The notes beneath the pieces were generated by a model, which searched no databases, was not told where the DNA came from, and saw only the letters and a program-made list of their open reading frames with translations. A stretch of 46,985 nt of DNA from positions 1-46,985 of the IMG/VR virus record IMGVR_UViG_3300020042_010196; one strand, given 5' to 3'. The position numbers and the translations under genes are program-made. Source of the stretch: a virus (taxonomy: Duplodnaviria; Caudoviricetes). Of the stretch, positions 8,324-18,121 are shown one piece after another. The stretch's first letter is position 1; every line of letters begins with the position of its first letter.

Positions 8324-8590
8324 ATGAATCAAAGAGAAGTGATATACACTATTGATGAAATCGAGCCAAAGAAAGAATTGGTGTACCATCCTCAACACTA
8401 CGGAGGAAAGAATAATCCCTACGAAGCAATTAAAGTTATTGAAGCCTGGAACTTAGGTTTCTGTTTAGGTAACACAGTAAAGTATATTGCAAGAGCTGGA
8501 AAGAAAGACAACACAATCCAGGAGCTTGAAAAGGCTTTATGGTACCTCCAACGAGAAATCAAAAGACTAGAAGATGAAGAAGATTCTTAA
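8324..8590 (+). CDS. DUF3310 family protein (T7 gp1.7-like nucleotide kinase domain)
   Basis: HPQHYGG...EAIKVIEAW...FCLGNTVKYIARAGKK...LEKALWYL. Confidence 0.85.
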   Translation: MNQREVIYTIDEIEPKKELVYHPQHYGGKNNPYEAIKVIEAWNLGFCLGNTVKYIARAGKKDNTIQELEKALWYLQREIKRLEDEEDS

Positions 8591-9509
8591 TCAGGTAAAG
8601 CTGATTAGGTTTCATGAACCACATACTATTGATTACACTATTGAGAAATCAATCTCGTATAGTCAAACCCTAGCTTACAACACTTGTCCACATCAATGGG
8701 CTTTGAAATATGTTAAAGGGTTACAGGTTTACAAACCTTCAATTCATACAGTATTTGGTACAGCCTTTCATGAGACTTTACAAGAGTGGCTTACAGTTCT
8801 TTATGAAGAGACTGTAAAGAAAGCCATAGAGATAGATTTGGATGCACTACTACTCAGTAAGATGCAAACAGTCTATGCTTCTGAAAAGGAAAAGAGTGGA
8901 GAGCATTTCTCCACCTCTAAGGAGTTATCTGAGTTTCATAATGATGGGGTTGAAATTTTAAAGTACATTAAGAAGAAACGCTCTGTTTTCTTTGGAACCA
9001 AGTTCACTAAGCTGGTTGGAGTAGAGATTCCTCTCATCCACCAAATAGCTCACAATGTATTCTTCAAAGGGTACATCGACTTAGTTCTTTATGATGAACA
9101 ACAGGACAGGTACTTGATCCTAGACATCAAGACATCAACATCAGGATGGAACCAATATGCTAAGAAAGATGACAAAAAGTTAGCACAGCTACTTCTTTAT
9201 AAAGAATTCCTAGCCAAACAATTCCAGATTGATATAGAAAAGGTAGATGTCAAATACTTTATCGTTAAAAGAAAAGTACCAGACGATCCAGAGTATGCTG
9301 CAATGGGTAAAAGAGTTCAAGAGTTTGTTCCACCTTCAGGTAAAATAAAAAGAGGACAAGCCACAACTGCACTAGGTAAATTTATCCAAGATGCTTTTGA
9401 TGATCAAGGAAAGTACATAGACAAAGACTATGAGCAAGTACCTTCAAGATCTAACTGTATGTTTTGTGAATTTAGACAAACAGAGCACTGTAATGTAGGA
9501 GTTTCCTAA
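8574..9509 (+). CDS. PD-(D/E)XK exonuclease, RecB/Cas4-like with Cys staple
   Basis: ISYSQ...TCP, GTAFHETL, KGYIDLV, ILDIKTS, QLLLY, C-terminal CMFC-x6-C. Confidence 0.88.
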   Translation: MKKILNQVKLIRFHEPHTIDYTIEKSISYSQTLAYNTCPHQWALKYVKGLQVYKPSIHTVFGTAFHETLQEWLTVLYEETVKKAIEIDLDALLLSKMQTVYASEKEKSGEHFSTSKELSEFHNDGVEILKYIKKKRSVFFGTKFTKLVGVEIPLIHQIAHNVFFKGYIDLVLYDEQQDRYLILDIKTSTSGWNQYAKKDDKKLAQLLLYKEFLAKQFQIDIEKVDVKYFIVKRKVPDDPEYAAMGKRVQEFVPPSGKIKRGQATTALGKFIQDAFDDQGKYIDKDYEQVPSRSNCMFCEFRQTEHCNVGVS

Positions 9510-9518
9510 ATTAGTATA

Positions 9519-9540
9519 TATTTATATGTATATATAAATA
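9519..9540. promoter_or_regulatory. Palindrome TATTTATAT-GTAT-ATATAAATA, candidate promoter/operator
   Basis: 9-bp inverted arms containing the late motif, 7 nt before a small DNA-binding-like ORF. Confidence 0.45.
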
Positions 9541-9547
9541 ACTAATT

Positions 9548-9730
9548 ATGGACACAAAAAAATTAACATCAGTTAAAGTGGAACAGGAATTGTTCCAAGA
9601 ATTCAAAGGAGAATGTGTTAGGTACAAATTTACTCTACAAAAGCTTGTAGACAGAGCAATTTTTTTGTATCTTACTGAAGAGGAGTTTAAACAAAGACTT
9701 CACAACCAAACAAATATTAAATTAAAATAG
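9548..9730 (+). CDS. Small ribbon-helix-helix-like DNA-binding protein
   Basis: KLTSVKV strand followed by two amphipathic helices, 60 aa. Confidence 0.6.
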   Translation: MDTKKLTSVKVEQELFQEFKGECVRYKFTLQKLVDRAIFLYLTEEEFKQRLHNQTNIKLK

Positions 9731-9734
9731 TTAC

Positions 9735-11177
9735 ATGAAAGAAAATTTTCGTTATGTTAAGAAAGAGGATCGTAAAAAGATTCTTTTGTTATGCGACGAT
9801 ATTAGGATGCATTCCGGTATCGCAACTATGGCCAGAGAGATTGTTGTAGGTACAGCACATCACTTCAATTGGTTAAATGTAGGAGCAGCTATCAATCACC
9901 CTGAAGCAGGAAAGGGATTGGATATCTCACATGAGGTAGACAAACTAGCCAATATCGATGATGCTTGGGTAAGAGTATTTCCAAACAATGGTTACGGTGA
10001 TGCAATGCTCATTCGTAATTTAATTGCACAAGAGAAGCCTGACGCTATCTTTATCTTTACAGATCCAAGATACTGGGTATGGTTATTTGAAATTGAAAGA
10101 GAGATTAGAAACAACATTCCATTATTCTACTTGAACATCTGGGATGATTACCCAGCACCTCTTTACAACAAAGCATTTTACGAATCATGTGATTTGTTAA
10201 TGGCTATCTCAAAACAAACTAAAAATATTAATGAGATTGTTTTAGGTGAAGCAGCTGAAGGTAAACTTATCAAGTATGTTCCTCATGGAATAAATGACAA
10301 GCACTTCTTCCCAATTAGAGAAGGACATGAGAACTTTGGACTACTTCAAGAGTTTAAAAAGAATATGTTTAAAGATAAAGAGATTGACTTTGTAGTTATC
10401 TTCAACTCTAGAAACATTAGAAGAAAATCTCCAGGAGATGTAATTCTATCTTATAGAATGTTCTGTGATATGATTGGACAAGAAGCAGCCAAGCGTTGTG
10501 CTCTTGTAATGCATACACAAGCCGTTGATGAGAATGGTACAGACCTTTACGCAGTAAGAGAAGCTGTTTGTGATGATAGTTACGTGAATGTATTTTTCTC
10601 ACAAGATAAGTTAGAAACTCCTCAAATGAATTTACTCTACAACATAGCTGATGTAGGAATGCTTATCACTTCAAACGAAGGATGGGGATTATCTCTAACT
10701 GAAACTATGATGGCAGGTAAGATGATTATTGCCAACGTAACAGGAGGTATGCAAGATCAAATGAGATTCGAACACAACGGTGAATGGATTGATTTCACAC
10801 CAGACTTTCCTTCTAACCATAGAGGTACAGTTAAGGATTGTGGTGATTGGGCAGTACCAGTCTTCCCTTCAAACATGTCAATGGTAGGTTCAGTACCAAC
10901 TCCGTACATCTTTGATGATAGATGTGCACCTGAAGACGTAGCAAAAGCTTTATGCGATGTATACGATATGGGTAAAGAGGAAAGAGATAGAAAAGGTTTA
11001 CTTGCAAGAGAGTGGGTAACTTCAGATGAATCAGGAATGTCAGCACGTATGATGTGTGAGAATGTAATTGATTCGATGAACGAAGCATTCGAAACATTTG
11101 TTCCTAGAACAAGATACGACTTGTACACAGTTACAGACAGGCCTAAAAAATATGTTAACCACAAATTAATTTACTAG
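9735..11177 (+). CDS. Glycosyltransferase, GT-B fold (GT4-like)
   Basis: SGIATMARE, VPHGIN, NSRNIRRKS, LYNIADV, EGWGLSLTETMMAG. Confidence 0.92.
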   Translation: MKENFRYVKKEDRKKILLLCDDIRMHSGIATMAREIVVGTAHHFNWLNVGAAINHPEAGKGLDISHEVDKLANIDDAWVRVFPNNGYGDAMLIRNLIAQEKPDAIFIFTDPRYWVWLFEIEREIRNNIPLFYLNIWDDYPAPLYNKAFYESCDLLMAISKQTKNINEIVLGEAAEGKLIKYVPHGINDKHFFPIREGHENFGLLQEFKKNMFKDKEIDFVVIFNSRNIRRKSPGDVILSYRMFCDMIGQEAAKRCALVMHTQAVDENGTDLYAVREAVCDDSYVNVFFSQDKLETPQMNLLYNIADVGMLITSNEGWGLSLTETMMAGKMIIANVTGGMQDQMRFEHNGEWIDFTPDFPSNHRGTVKDCGDWAVPVFPSNMSMVGSVPTPYIFDDRCAPEDVAKALCDVYDMGKEERDRKGLLAREWVTSDESGMSARMMCENVIDSMNEAFETFVPRTRYDLYTVTDRPKKYVNHKLIY

Positions 11178-11179
11178 TT

Positions 11180-12472
11180 ATGAGCAAACCAACATTAGTT
11201 GTAAGCTGCCCCATTGACACTTACTCAGGGTATGGGGCAAGATCAAGAGATTTTGTACAATCAATTATAGATTTAGATAAGTATGAAGTAAGTATTCTTC
11301 CACAACGTTGGGGTAATACTAGATTCGGATACTTACAAGATCACAACAACACTTCACTAAGTTCTAGAATTACACAACAACTTACGCAACAACCTGATGT
11401 GTGGATTCAAATTACTGTACCGAATGAATTTCAAAAGGTAGGTAAGTACAACATTGGACTCACAGCAGGTATTGAAACAACCATGTGTGATCCTTCTTGG
11501 ATACAAGGTTGTAACAATATGGACTTAGTTTTGGTTTCATCTAAACATGCTAGGAAAGTATTTATGGAAAGTAAGTTTGATATGCAAGACAATCGAACAG
11601 GTCAAGTTACTGAACACATTGAACTACAAACCAAAGTAGAAGTTTTATTTGAAGGAGCTGATATTGAAAAGTACACACCATTAGCACTTCCTGTTAGGTT
11701 AGACTTATCTGACGTATACGAAAACTTTAACTACTTAGTTGTAGGTCATTGGCTTCCTGGAGAGGTTGGAGAGGATAGAAAGAACATTGGATACACAATC
11801 AAAGCTTTCTTAGAAACATTTAAGAACAAACCTAAAAACAAACGTCCAGGACTTATTTTAAAAGTCCAAGCAGGTTCAGGAACATCTATCATGGATAGAG
11901 ATGCAGTATTAGATAAGATCGATGCAATTAGAAAGACAGTCAAGGGAGACTTACCAAACATTTATGTACTACATGGTGATTTGTCTGATGCTGAGGTTAA
12001 CGAATTGTACAACCACACTAAGGTAAAAGCAATGGTAACTTTAACAAAAGGAGAAGGATTTGGAAGACCTTTACTTGAATTCAGTTTAGTAAACAAGCCA
12101 ATTATAGCAAGTGCATGGTCAGGTCATATGGACTTTTTAGATAGTCAATTTGTTAAATATATAGGTGGAAACCTAACACCAGTACACCCATCAGCATCAG
12201 TTGAGAAGATGATCTTAAGAGAAAGCCAATGGTTCACACCGGATGCAATTGAAGTAGGTAGAGCATTGAAGGATGTTTACGATGATTATGATAAATGGAA
12301 GACTGCAGCTAAAAGACAAGGACATAAATCAAGAACACTATTCTCCTATGAAAGCATGAGAGAAACGCTAGATAACCTACTTACACTGTACGTTCCTGAT
12401 TTTCCTAAGCAGGTTCAACTTAAGTTACCACAATTAAAGAAAATAGAATTACCTAAACTTAAAAAAGTATAA
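11180..12472 (+). CDS. Glycosyltransferase, GT-B fold (GT4-like)
   Basis: SGYGARSR, RKNIG, KGEGFGRPLLEF, WSGHMDFL. Confidence 0.9.
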   Translation: MSKPTLVVSCPIDTYSGYGARSRDFVQSIIDLDKYEVSILPQRWGNTRFGYLQDHNNTSLSSRITQQLTQQPDVWIQITVPNEFQKVGKYNIGLTAGIETTMCDPSWIQGCNNMDLVLVSSKHARKVFMESKFDMQDNRTGQVTEHIELQTKVEVLFEGADIEKYTPLALPVRLDLSDVYENFNYLVVGHWLPGEVGEDRKNIGYTIKAFLETFKNKPKNKRPGLILKVQAGSGTSIMDRDAVLDKIDAIRKTVKGDLPNIYVLHGDLSDAEVNELYNHTKVKAMVTLTKGEGFGRPLLEFSLVNKPIIASAWSGHMDFLDSQFVKYIGGNLTPVHPSASVEKMILRESQWFTPDAIEVGRALKDVYDDYDKWKTAAKRQGHKSRTLFSYESMRETLDNLLTLYVPDFPKQVQLKLPQLKKIELPKLKKV

Positions 12473-12930
12473 TGGAAGAAAAACTTATAGACTGTCCACA
12501 TTGTGGTAGTAATGCTTGCTACGAACAGCAAGTAAGTGAAGAAGTGAGTACTAACTTTTGTTTTGGATGTGGATTCACAACCTCAACATTGATGGTAGAA
12601 GGTTCAAAGCTAGTAGCAGACTCACTAGAAAATTCACCTGAGTTGTACAAGGACCTAATGTTTATTGATGAGAATAAAAAAGTATGGTTCCCATCAACAA
12701 TTACAATTCCAAATAAAGGAATGGTGTTCTTAGATGGTACAGCAAAGGATAGTTGGAGATGGGCTGCAGCTAAGTCAATTGAGATCTTAGAGGAAGAAAA
12801 AGCTAAGTTTCCAAAAGAGCAAACACATAAAATGGATATGAAAAACATCCAGTACTATGCTCAAAAAGATTTCATGGATGCATTAGATACCATTGGATTT
12901 TTTGACATAGAAGTTGCTCAACCGGAATAG
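12472..12930 (+). CDS. Zinc-ribbon hypothetical protein
   Basis: CPHCG...CFGCG. Confidence 0.75.
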   Translation: MEEKLIDCPHCGSNACYEQQVSEEVSTNFCFGCGFTTSTLMVEGSKLVADSLENSPELYKDLMFIDENKKVWFPSTITIPNKGMVFLDGTAKDSWRWAAAKSIEILEEEKAKFPKEQTHKMDMKNIQYYAQKDFMDALDTIGFFDIEVAQPE

Positions 12931-12943
12931 TTTTCGTATATTA
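12914..12943 (+). promoter_or_regulatory. TTGC-N19-TATATTA promoter inside glycan island
   Basis: TTGC 12914, TATATTA 12937; ATG at 12949. Confidence 0.6.
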
Positions 12944-12948
12944 GTAGT

Positions 12949-13566
12949 ATGAAAATAAGTTATGCAATAACAGTTTGCAACGAATTGGAGGAAGTGAAAA
13001 GACTAGTCAACTTCCTCCTTTCGAACAAACGAAAAGAAGATGAGATAGTTATCTTGTTTGATAAACAGAATGGTACTCAAGAAGTAAGACAGTATGTAGC
13101 AGACCTACCAAGGAGCATTAAAGTTGCAAGAGATACTTTTAAAGGACACTTTGCTGACTGGAAGAACCTACTCACATCATTCTGCAAAGGAGATTACATC
13201 TTTCAAATAGATGCAGATGAAGTTCCTTGTACACCTCTTATAGAATCCTTACCATACATTTTAGAAGTTAACCAAGAGTTAGATGTGCTGTTAGTACCTA
13301 GAGTCAACACTGTAGAGGGACTAACACAGGAGCATATTCATAAATGGGGATGGAATGTAAACTCAGAAGGATGGGTCAACTGGCCAGATTTCCAATGGAG
13401 AATCTACAGAAACACTCCTGAGATCAAATGGGTTAATAAAGTTCACGAAAGGTTGGAAGGGTTCAAAGCATATACAACTTTACCTATGGAAGAGGACTAT
13501 TCTCTATATCATCCAAAGACAATTGAAAGACAGGAAAAACAAAACAACTACTATGACACACTCTAG
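12949..13566 (+). CDS. Glycosyltransferase family 2
   Basis: ISYAITVCNE, YIFQIDADE, WPDFQWRIY, KVHE. Confidence 0.9.
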   Translation: MKISYAITVCNELEEVKRLVNFLLSNKRKEDEIVILFDKQNGTQEVRQYVADLPRSIKVARDTFKGHFADWKNLLTSFCKGDYIFQIDADEVPCTPLIESLPYILEVNQELDVLLVPRVNTVEGLTQEHIHKWGWNVNSEGWVNWPDFQWRIYRNTPEIKWVNKVHERLEGFKAYTTLPMEEDYSLYHPKTIERQEKQNNYYDTL

Positions 13567-14443
13567 CCCAATAACCTTCTGCTTATCTACATTTAATACA
13601 CTAAACTACCTCAAGCTAGCTGTATACTCTGTTAGACAAAATAGTTACTACACAGATGCTCCATTTGTTGTACATGCTGAGAATTGTACAGATGGAACTA
13701 ATGAGTGGTTGTTAGATAATAGGGAACAGTACAACCTAGAAGTATATATAGAAAGTAACGAAGTACCTCGAGGAATTGGAGGAGGAATGAACTTTTGTGC
13801 TAGTAAAGTCAACACTAAGTATATAGGTTTTCTATCATCAGACTTTTATGTTGCTAAGGATTGGGATAAAGAGTTAGTAGCAATATGTGAAAACAATCCT
13901 GATAAGAAACTCTGGACATTTAGTTACAGAATAGAGCCTGACATCTTCAACGATCCAAATAGTAGATTAGGTACATTCAAAGTACCAGTTGATACTTTTG
14001 GTGAATTCCATAACAACTTTAATGAGGAATTGTTTCTAGAGTGGTGTGCAGAGTTTTCATCACTAAACAAAATTGAAGCTAAGAAGCCTGAAGGAGTGAG
14101 TGGGGTTATTAAAAAAGAGGATTGGGACTATATTGGAGGTAATGATGATAGATTTGCACCAATGTATTGGGAAGATGCTGACATTTTTATTAGAATGCTG
14201 AATGAAGGTTACGACTTTGTACTTACTAGCAAATCAGTACTGTACCACTTTGCATCTAGGACTAGCAGATTTCCAGACGATAACTTTAAGCAGCGTCCTA
14301 AGCACTTAGAAAATTATGAACAAAGAAGCATTCAAAGATTCTTGGAGAAGTACGGTAAGCTACCCTCTTACGATTCAACCGGATGCTACTTACCAATGCA
14401 ACCAATTGATGGTTCAGCAAATAGAATAAACCAAAACAACTAG
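13553..14443 (+). CDS. Glycosyltransferase family 2
   Basis: NCTDGTNEW, IGGNDDRF, WEDADIF, LYHF; ATG 13553 chosen. Confidence 0.88.
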   Translation: MTHSSPITFCLSTFNTLNYLKLAVYSVRQNSYYTDAPFVVHAENCTDGTNEWLLDNREQYNLEVYIESNEVPRGIGGGMNFCASKVNTKYIGFLSSDFYVAKDWDKELVAICENNPDKKLWTFSYRIEPDIFNDPNSRLGTFKVPVDTFGEFHNNFNEELFLEWCAEFSSLNKIEAKKPEGVSGVIKKEDWDYIGGNDDRFAPMYWEDADIFIRMLNEGYDFVLTSKSVLYHFASRTSRFPDDNFKQRPKHLENYEQRSIQRFLEKYGKLPSYDSTGCYLPMQPIDGSANRINQNN

Positions 14444-14444
14444 C

Positions 14445-15425
14445 ATGAATAAAGTAGCACTGATAACAGGAATAAACGGAATGGATGGAAGTCATCTAGC
14501 AGAGTTCCTATTAGATAAAGGGTATACAGTATATGGATTAGAGAGACGAAGTTCAGGAGAAACTCGAGCAAACATACTGCACATACAAGATAGGATTAAA
14601 TTTATTAAAGGAGATCTAACAGATCAAAATTCACTAGTACGAGCTTTAAAAGAATCAAATCCTGATGAGGTGTACAACTTGGCAGCACAATCGTTTGTTG
14701 GAGAAAGTTGGAATACACCAGAACACACTTCTGAAGTGACAGGATTGGGAGTACTTAGAATGCTTGAAGCAATACGAGAGTACGGATCAAGTAAGATAAA
14801 ATTCTATCAAGCAAGCAGTTCGGAAATGTTTGGAAGGATGGTAGAGAATCCATCTAAAGAAACAACTCCATTCTATCCACGATCACCTTATGGTGTAGCA
14901 AAGCTATACGGTCATTGGATAACAAAAAACTATAGAGAGTCTTATGATATGTTTGCTTGCTCTGGTATACTATTTAATCACGAATCTGAAAGGCGAGGTC
15001 TTGAATTTGTAACTCGAAAAATTACAAATGGTATAGCAAAGATCCATTTAGGATTAGCAGATCACATTGCACTAGGAAACCTTGACGCTAAACGAGATTG
15101 GGGGTACGCTCCAGACTATGTAGAGGCAATGTGGTTAATGCTGCAACAGGATCAAGCAGATGACTACGTCATAGCAACTGGTGAGACAAGATCAATTAGA
15201 GAATTTCTTGATGAGGCATTTAGTTGTGTAGGTATTTCGGATTGGAGTACTTATGTGAAGTTGGATGAACAATTTGTTAGACCTGCAGAGGTTGATGTTT
15301 TGCGAGGAGACGCAACAAAAGCTCGAATAGAATTAGGATGGCAACCAAAAACATCTTTTAAAGAAATGGTAAAAAAAATGGTTACAAACGATATAAAACA
15401 ATTACAAAATAGAAATTATGAATAA
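14445..15425 (+). CDS. gmd: GDP-mannose 4,6-dehydratase
   Basis: ALITGINGMDGSHLAE, YNLAAQSFV, FYQASSSEMFG, PRSPYGVAKLY, GILFNHES, RDWGYAPDYV. Confidence 0.96.
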   Translation: MNKVALITGINGMDGSHLAEFLLDKGYTVYGLERRSSGETRANILHIQDRIKFIKGDLTDQNSLVRALKESNPDEVYNLAAQSFVGESWNTPEHTSEVTGLGVLRMLEAIREYGSSKIKFYQASSSEMFGRMVENPSKETTPFYPRSPYGVAKLYGHWITKNYRESYDMFACSGILFNHESERRGLEFVTRKITNGIAKIHLGLADHIALGNLDAKRDWGYAPDYVEAMWLMLQQDQADDYVIATGETRSIREFLDEAFSCVGISDWSTYVKLDEQFVRPAEVDVLRGDATKARIELGWQPKTSFKEMVKKMVTNDIKQLQNRNYE

Positions 15426-16656
15426 AATAGGTGAAACATTATTTAGTTTAGGAGATTTATACGTGTCAGATTTCATACGAGAAGATTCTGAGGCAAGAGC
15501 AGGAAAACATGATATGACTTTAGTATTTGATCAAAGATACGGAGCAGCTAGGTTAAAAAAGAGTACTCCTATTCATGCAATGTTTGGTAAGTACTGGTAT
15601 AGAAGTGGAATAAACAGTACCATGACTAAAGAGTTGCAGAATATCGTAGAAAGCATATGCTCAGTACACAAGCTTCAAGAAAATGATGTATGGCTGGATA
15701 TAGCTTGTAACGATGGAACTCTTTTAAAAGCAGTACCAAACCATGTAAAAAAAATAGGAATAGATCCGGCAGAAGACTCGTTTGTGCAAGAATCTTCCAA
15801 AGTTGCAGACTGTATCGTGCAGGATTACTTTTCAAAAAATGCTTATAAAAGTAGTACAGCGGGCGATCAAAAAGCAAACATTGTAACATGCGTAGCAATG
15901 TTCTATGACCTAGATGAACCTGCAGAGTTTTTAAAAGATGTATATGAAGTGTTAGATGATGATGGACTTTTTGTACTACAGATGAGTTACACACCGTTAA
16001 TGATTAAGCAATTAGCTTTTGATAATATATGTCATGAACATGTATACTACTGGTCACTTTCAACCATAGAACGATTATTGACTGAAAGTAAATTTAATAT
16101 AGTAGACTGTCAACTTAACGATGTGAACGGGGGAAGTTTTAGGCTGTACATAAAGAAAGACATAAGCAATGTGACTTCCTTTGGAACTGCTCCTTATAGA
16201 GATGTAGCAGCTACAAGAGTAGAGTCACTACTAAAGTGGGAAAAAAGTTTACAAATTGATGCTCCACAAATTTGGTTAGACTTCTACGATAGAATACAAA
16301 AACTAAGACAAGAAACTGTTGACTTTATTAAACAGGAAAAAGCAAAAGGAAAAATAATATGCGGGTATGGTGCTTCAACAAAAGGAAACACACTACTTCA
16401 GTGGTTCGGATTAGATAATACAGTTATTGACGCTATCGCAGAAAGGTCTCCATATAAGTTTGGACTTAAGACAATAGGTACAAATATCCCAATTCGGTCT
16501 GAAGAAGAGGTACGGGCAATGAAGCCAGACTACATGCTAGTACTTCCTTGGCACTTTATTTCGGAATTTATAGAAAGAGAGAGTACTTTTTTAGAAAATG
16601 GAGGTAAGTTTATTGTACCATGTCCTACTTTTCAAATAATACAAAAGCAAAAGTAA
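15418..16656 (+). CDS. NDP-hexose C-methyltransferase (SAM-dependent, TcaB9/NovU-like)
   Basis: LDIACNDGTLL, FDNICHEHVYY, GGSFRLY, GYGASTKGNTLL, LVLPWHF, GGKFIVP. Confidence 0.88.
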   Translation: MNKIGETLFSLGDLYVSDFIREDSEARAGKHDMTLVFDQRYGAARLKKSTPIHAMFGKYWYRSGINSTMTKELQNIVESICSVHKLQENDVWLDIACNDGTLLKAVPNHVKKIGIDPAEDSFVQESSKVADCIVQDYFSKNAYKSSTAGDQKANIVTCVAMFYDLDEPAEFLKDVYEVLDDDGLFVLQMSYTPLMIKQLAFDNICHEHVYYWSLSTIERLLTESKFNIVDCQLNDVNGGSFRLYIKKDISNVTSFGTAPYRDVAATRVESLLKWEKSLQIDAPQIWLDFYDRIQKLRQETVDFIKQEKAKGKIICGYGASTKGNTLLQWFGLDNTVIDAIAERSPYKFGLKTIGTNIPIRSEEEVRAMKPDYMLVLPWHFISEFIERESTFLENGGKFIVPCPTFQIIQKQK

Positions 16657-16681
16657 TAACTACACATACAGGTCGGTCAAT

Positions 16682-18121
16682 ATGAAACCATACATTATAG
16701 GTATTGCAGGAGAGTCTGGGGTTGGAAAATCTACAATAACAAAGATAATACAGCTTTTTTATAATGCAAAAAATACAACAGTAATAAGTACAGATGATTT
16801 ACATAAGTGGGAACGTACAAATCCTATTTGGAACAAAGTAACACACCTAAATCCCGAAGCTAATAATTTACTTTTAGGAGATGTGCATTTAAAATGTTTA
16901 GCAGAAGGAACACCCATTTACAGATCTGGATATAATCACAACACAGGAGGCTTTAACCCTCCTGTAGAAGTGGTTCCTAAACAGGTTGTGATAAACCAGG
17001 GTTTGCATGCTTTTTATACAAAAGAAACACAAAAATATACAGACTTAAAGTTATTTATAGATACAGATGATACGTTAAGAACTCATTGGAAAATTATACG
17101 AGATACAGAAAAGAGAGGGTATAAGTATAACGAAGTATTAAAAGCAATAGATAGGAGAAGGGTTGATGCTGAATTAATTACTCAAGAGCAGTTAAAAGTG
17201 GCTGATGTAATAATAACAATTAAGCCTACAGCACCTATACAGAAGGTAGGAGATAAGCATGAAAAAATACAAGTTGTTGTTGAAACTAAAGTTGTAAGAA
17301 ATTTAAACGAAGAACTACTTTGTTTTATAAAAGAGTATAGTAATGCTATCCAAGACTTTGTACAGCTTTCAAATAGTATAGGGCAAAAAGTTGAAAACTG
17401 TCAAGCTGCTGGAGGAAATATATCAATTAAGGTAGGTGATAAAATGGTAATTAAATCCTCAGGATTTCTAATGAAAGATGTAAGTTATGAGGAAGGACAT
17501 ACAACAGTGGAATACAACTATATCAACGAGGTATGTACCGAAGATGGTTACAACAAATTACTACGCTCTGATCACTTCTATACAGAAAGAAGACCTTCGA
17601 TGGAAGTAGGGTTTCATTCAATACTGAAGAAGTATGTAGCACATAGTCACCCCGTATACCTAACAGCTATACTAAGTCACAAAGCTTCCGAAAAGATAAT
17701 AAAAGATCTATACTCAGATTTTAACTACATATACATTCCATACTCACTACCTGGATATGAGTTGTTTGCTTCAATTAGGAAAGCGGGAGGTACCTATGAT
17801 ATATACTTTTTAGAAAACCATGGAGTAATAATTAATTCAGAGACCCTTGTTGGATTAGAAGAAAAATTTAACTATATTACTAATATAGCTCAGGAGTACA
17901 TTGTAGCAGATTTAGAACCTTTTAACCTATCCTTTGCAGATAAAATAACCACAGAGGAGCTCATGTTTCCAGATGCAGTAGTTTTAAACAGTAATTTAGA
18001 AGTTACTGCAGCAAATAAGTATATAAATTATATAGTAGCAGGTAATGGAAGACCACTACCAAAAGATAGTATAGTGCAGCTATTAATGATGGAATCTGAA
18101 AAATATAGAAGAAGTATATGA
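16682..18121 (+). CDS. Fusion: phosphoribulokinase/uridine-kinase-like P-loop domain plus class II aldolase-like domain
   Basis: IIGIAGESGVGKST...WKIIRD; C-terminal AGGNISIK, RPSMEVGFH, HSHP, LENHGV. Confidence 0.85.
   Translation: MKPYIIGIAGESGVGKSTITKIIQLFYNAKNTTVISTDDLHKWERTNPIWNKVTHLNPEANNLLLGDVHLKCLAEGTPIYRSGYNHNTGGFNPPVEVVPKQVVINQGLHAFYTKETQKYTDLKLFIDTDDTLRTHWKIIRDTEKRGYKYNEVLKAIDRRRVDAELITQEQLKVADVIITIKPTAPIQKVGDKHEKIQVVVETKVVRNLNEELLCFIKEYSNAIQDFVQLSNSIGQKVENCQAAGGNISIKVGDKMVIKSSGFLMKDVSYEEGHTTVEYNYINEVCTEDGYNKLLRSDHFYTERRPSMEVGFHSILKKYVAHSHPVYLTAILSHKASEKIIKDLYSDFNYIYIPYSLPGYELFASIRKAGGTYDIYFLENHGVIINSETLVGLEEKFNYITNIAQEYIVADLEPFNLSFADKITTEELMFPDAVVLNSNLEVTAANKYINYIVAGNGRPLPKDSIVQLLMMESEKYRRSI

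Noticed and set aside
8574-9509. Cas4 / CRISPR-Cas locus
   Set aside because: Stand-alone Cas4/RecB-like nucleases are common in phages; no cas1, cas2 or array in the window.
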